Origin: Callorhinchus milii
Lineage: Eukaryota
Length of the DNA stretch: 64,000 nucleotides
Reading direction: 5' to 3'
NCBI RefSeq assembly: GCF_018977255.1
Contig: NW_024704742.1
Span: 84,942,001 to 85,006,000, forward strand
Below, one piece after another: positions 63,713-64,000 of the stretch (position 1 is the first letter of the stretch; every line of letters begins with the position of its first letter). The notes below the pieces were generated by a model that was not told the origin of the DNA, ran no database searches, and worked only from the letters and a program-made list of their open reading frames with translations. Both the position numbers and the translations under genes were made by a program.

Positions 63713-64000
63713 GTCTTTGAGACGTCTCAAAGCGCTTCACAGAATATACTGTAAAGTGAATTGGCCATATATTTTGTGGGCGAAACGCAGCAGCCAATTG
63801 CGTACAGCAATGTCCCACAAACAGTCGTGGATTGAAGTGACCAATTTTTTTTAAAGAAATTATTACGCCCGGAAAAGCAATCCGCCAATCGACTAACAGC
63901 CAGGTTCCTACTTACTGCAAGGTAAACAGAGGTGTGTGAAGTAAGGAAACTTGCCCAACATTTTGCCCTGCCGGAAAATGAATCACTGAGCTACAAGACT
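63713..64000 (-). mobile_element. tRNA-derived SINE, long subfamily, with a deletion between the A and B boxes
   Basis: Reverse complement of the same body; the head reads GTAGCTCAGTGATT/CATTTTCCGGCAGGGC. Confidence 0.8.

Overview
Vertebrate genomic DNA. The repeat complement (L2 and CR1 LINEs, tRNA/Deu-type SINEs, a Penelope-type terminal repeat) suggests a cartilaginous fish; this is inference. The window holds the 5' part of PTBP3 (ROD1) on the minus strand. Coding exons 1-6 lie at 45414-45421, 44130-44163, 18962-19037, 14076-14245, 11726-11872 and 411-572, all with GT-AG junctions and consistent phases, and the gene continues off the left edge. About 17 kb upstream, head-to-head, a second CpG-island promoter (62.3-62.6 kb) precedes a 17-nt coding exon reading MLQNTG, probably HSDL2. 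The rest is intronic or intergenic sequence rich in retroposons. I found no prokaryote-type system or CRISPR array, and most ORF-track entries are spurious or LINE-derived. The best leads are: an upstream AUG and a Kozak-context AUU that are in frame only when PTBP3 exon 2 is skipped; an AUGA stop/start overlap in exon 3; a candidate alternative exon in intron 1; a candidate poison exon in intron 3; a possible spliced N-terminal extension of HSDL2; a decayed hammerhead ribozyme; several near-perfect hairpins; and nested or internally deleted LINEs. Family and gene identifications are from memory, with no database search.
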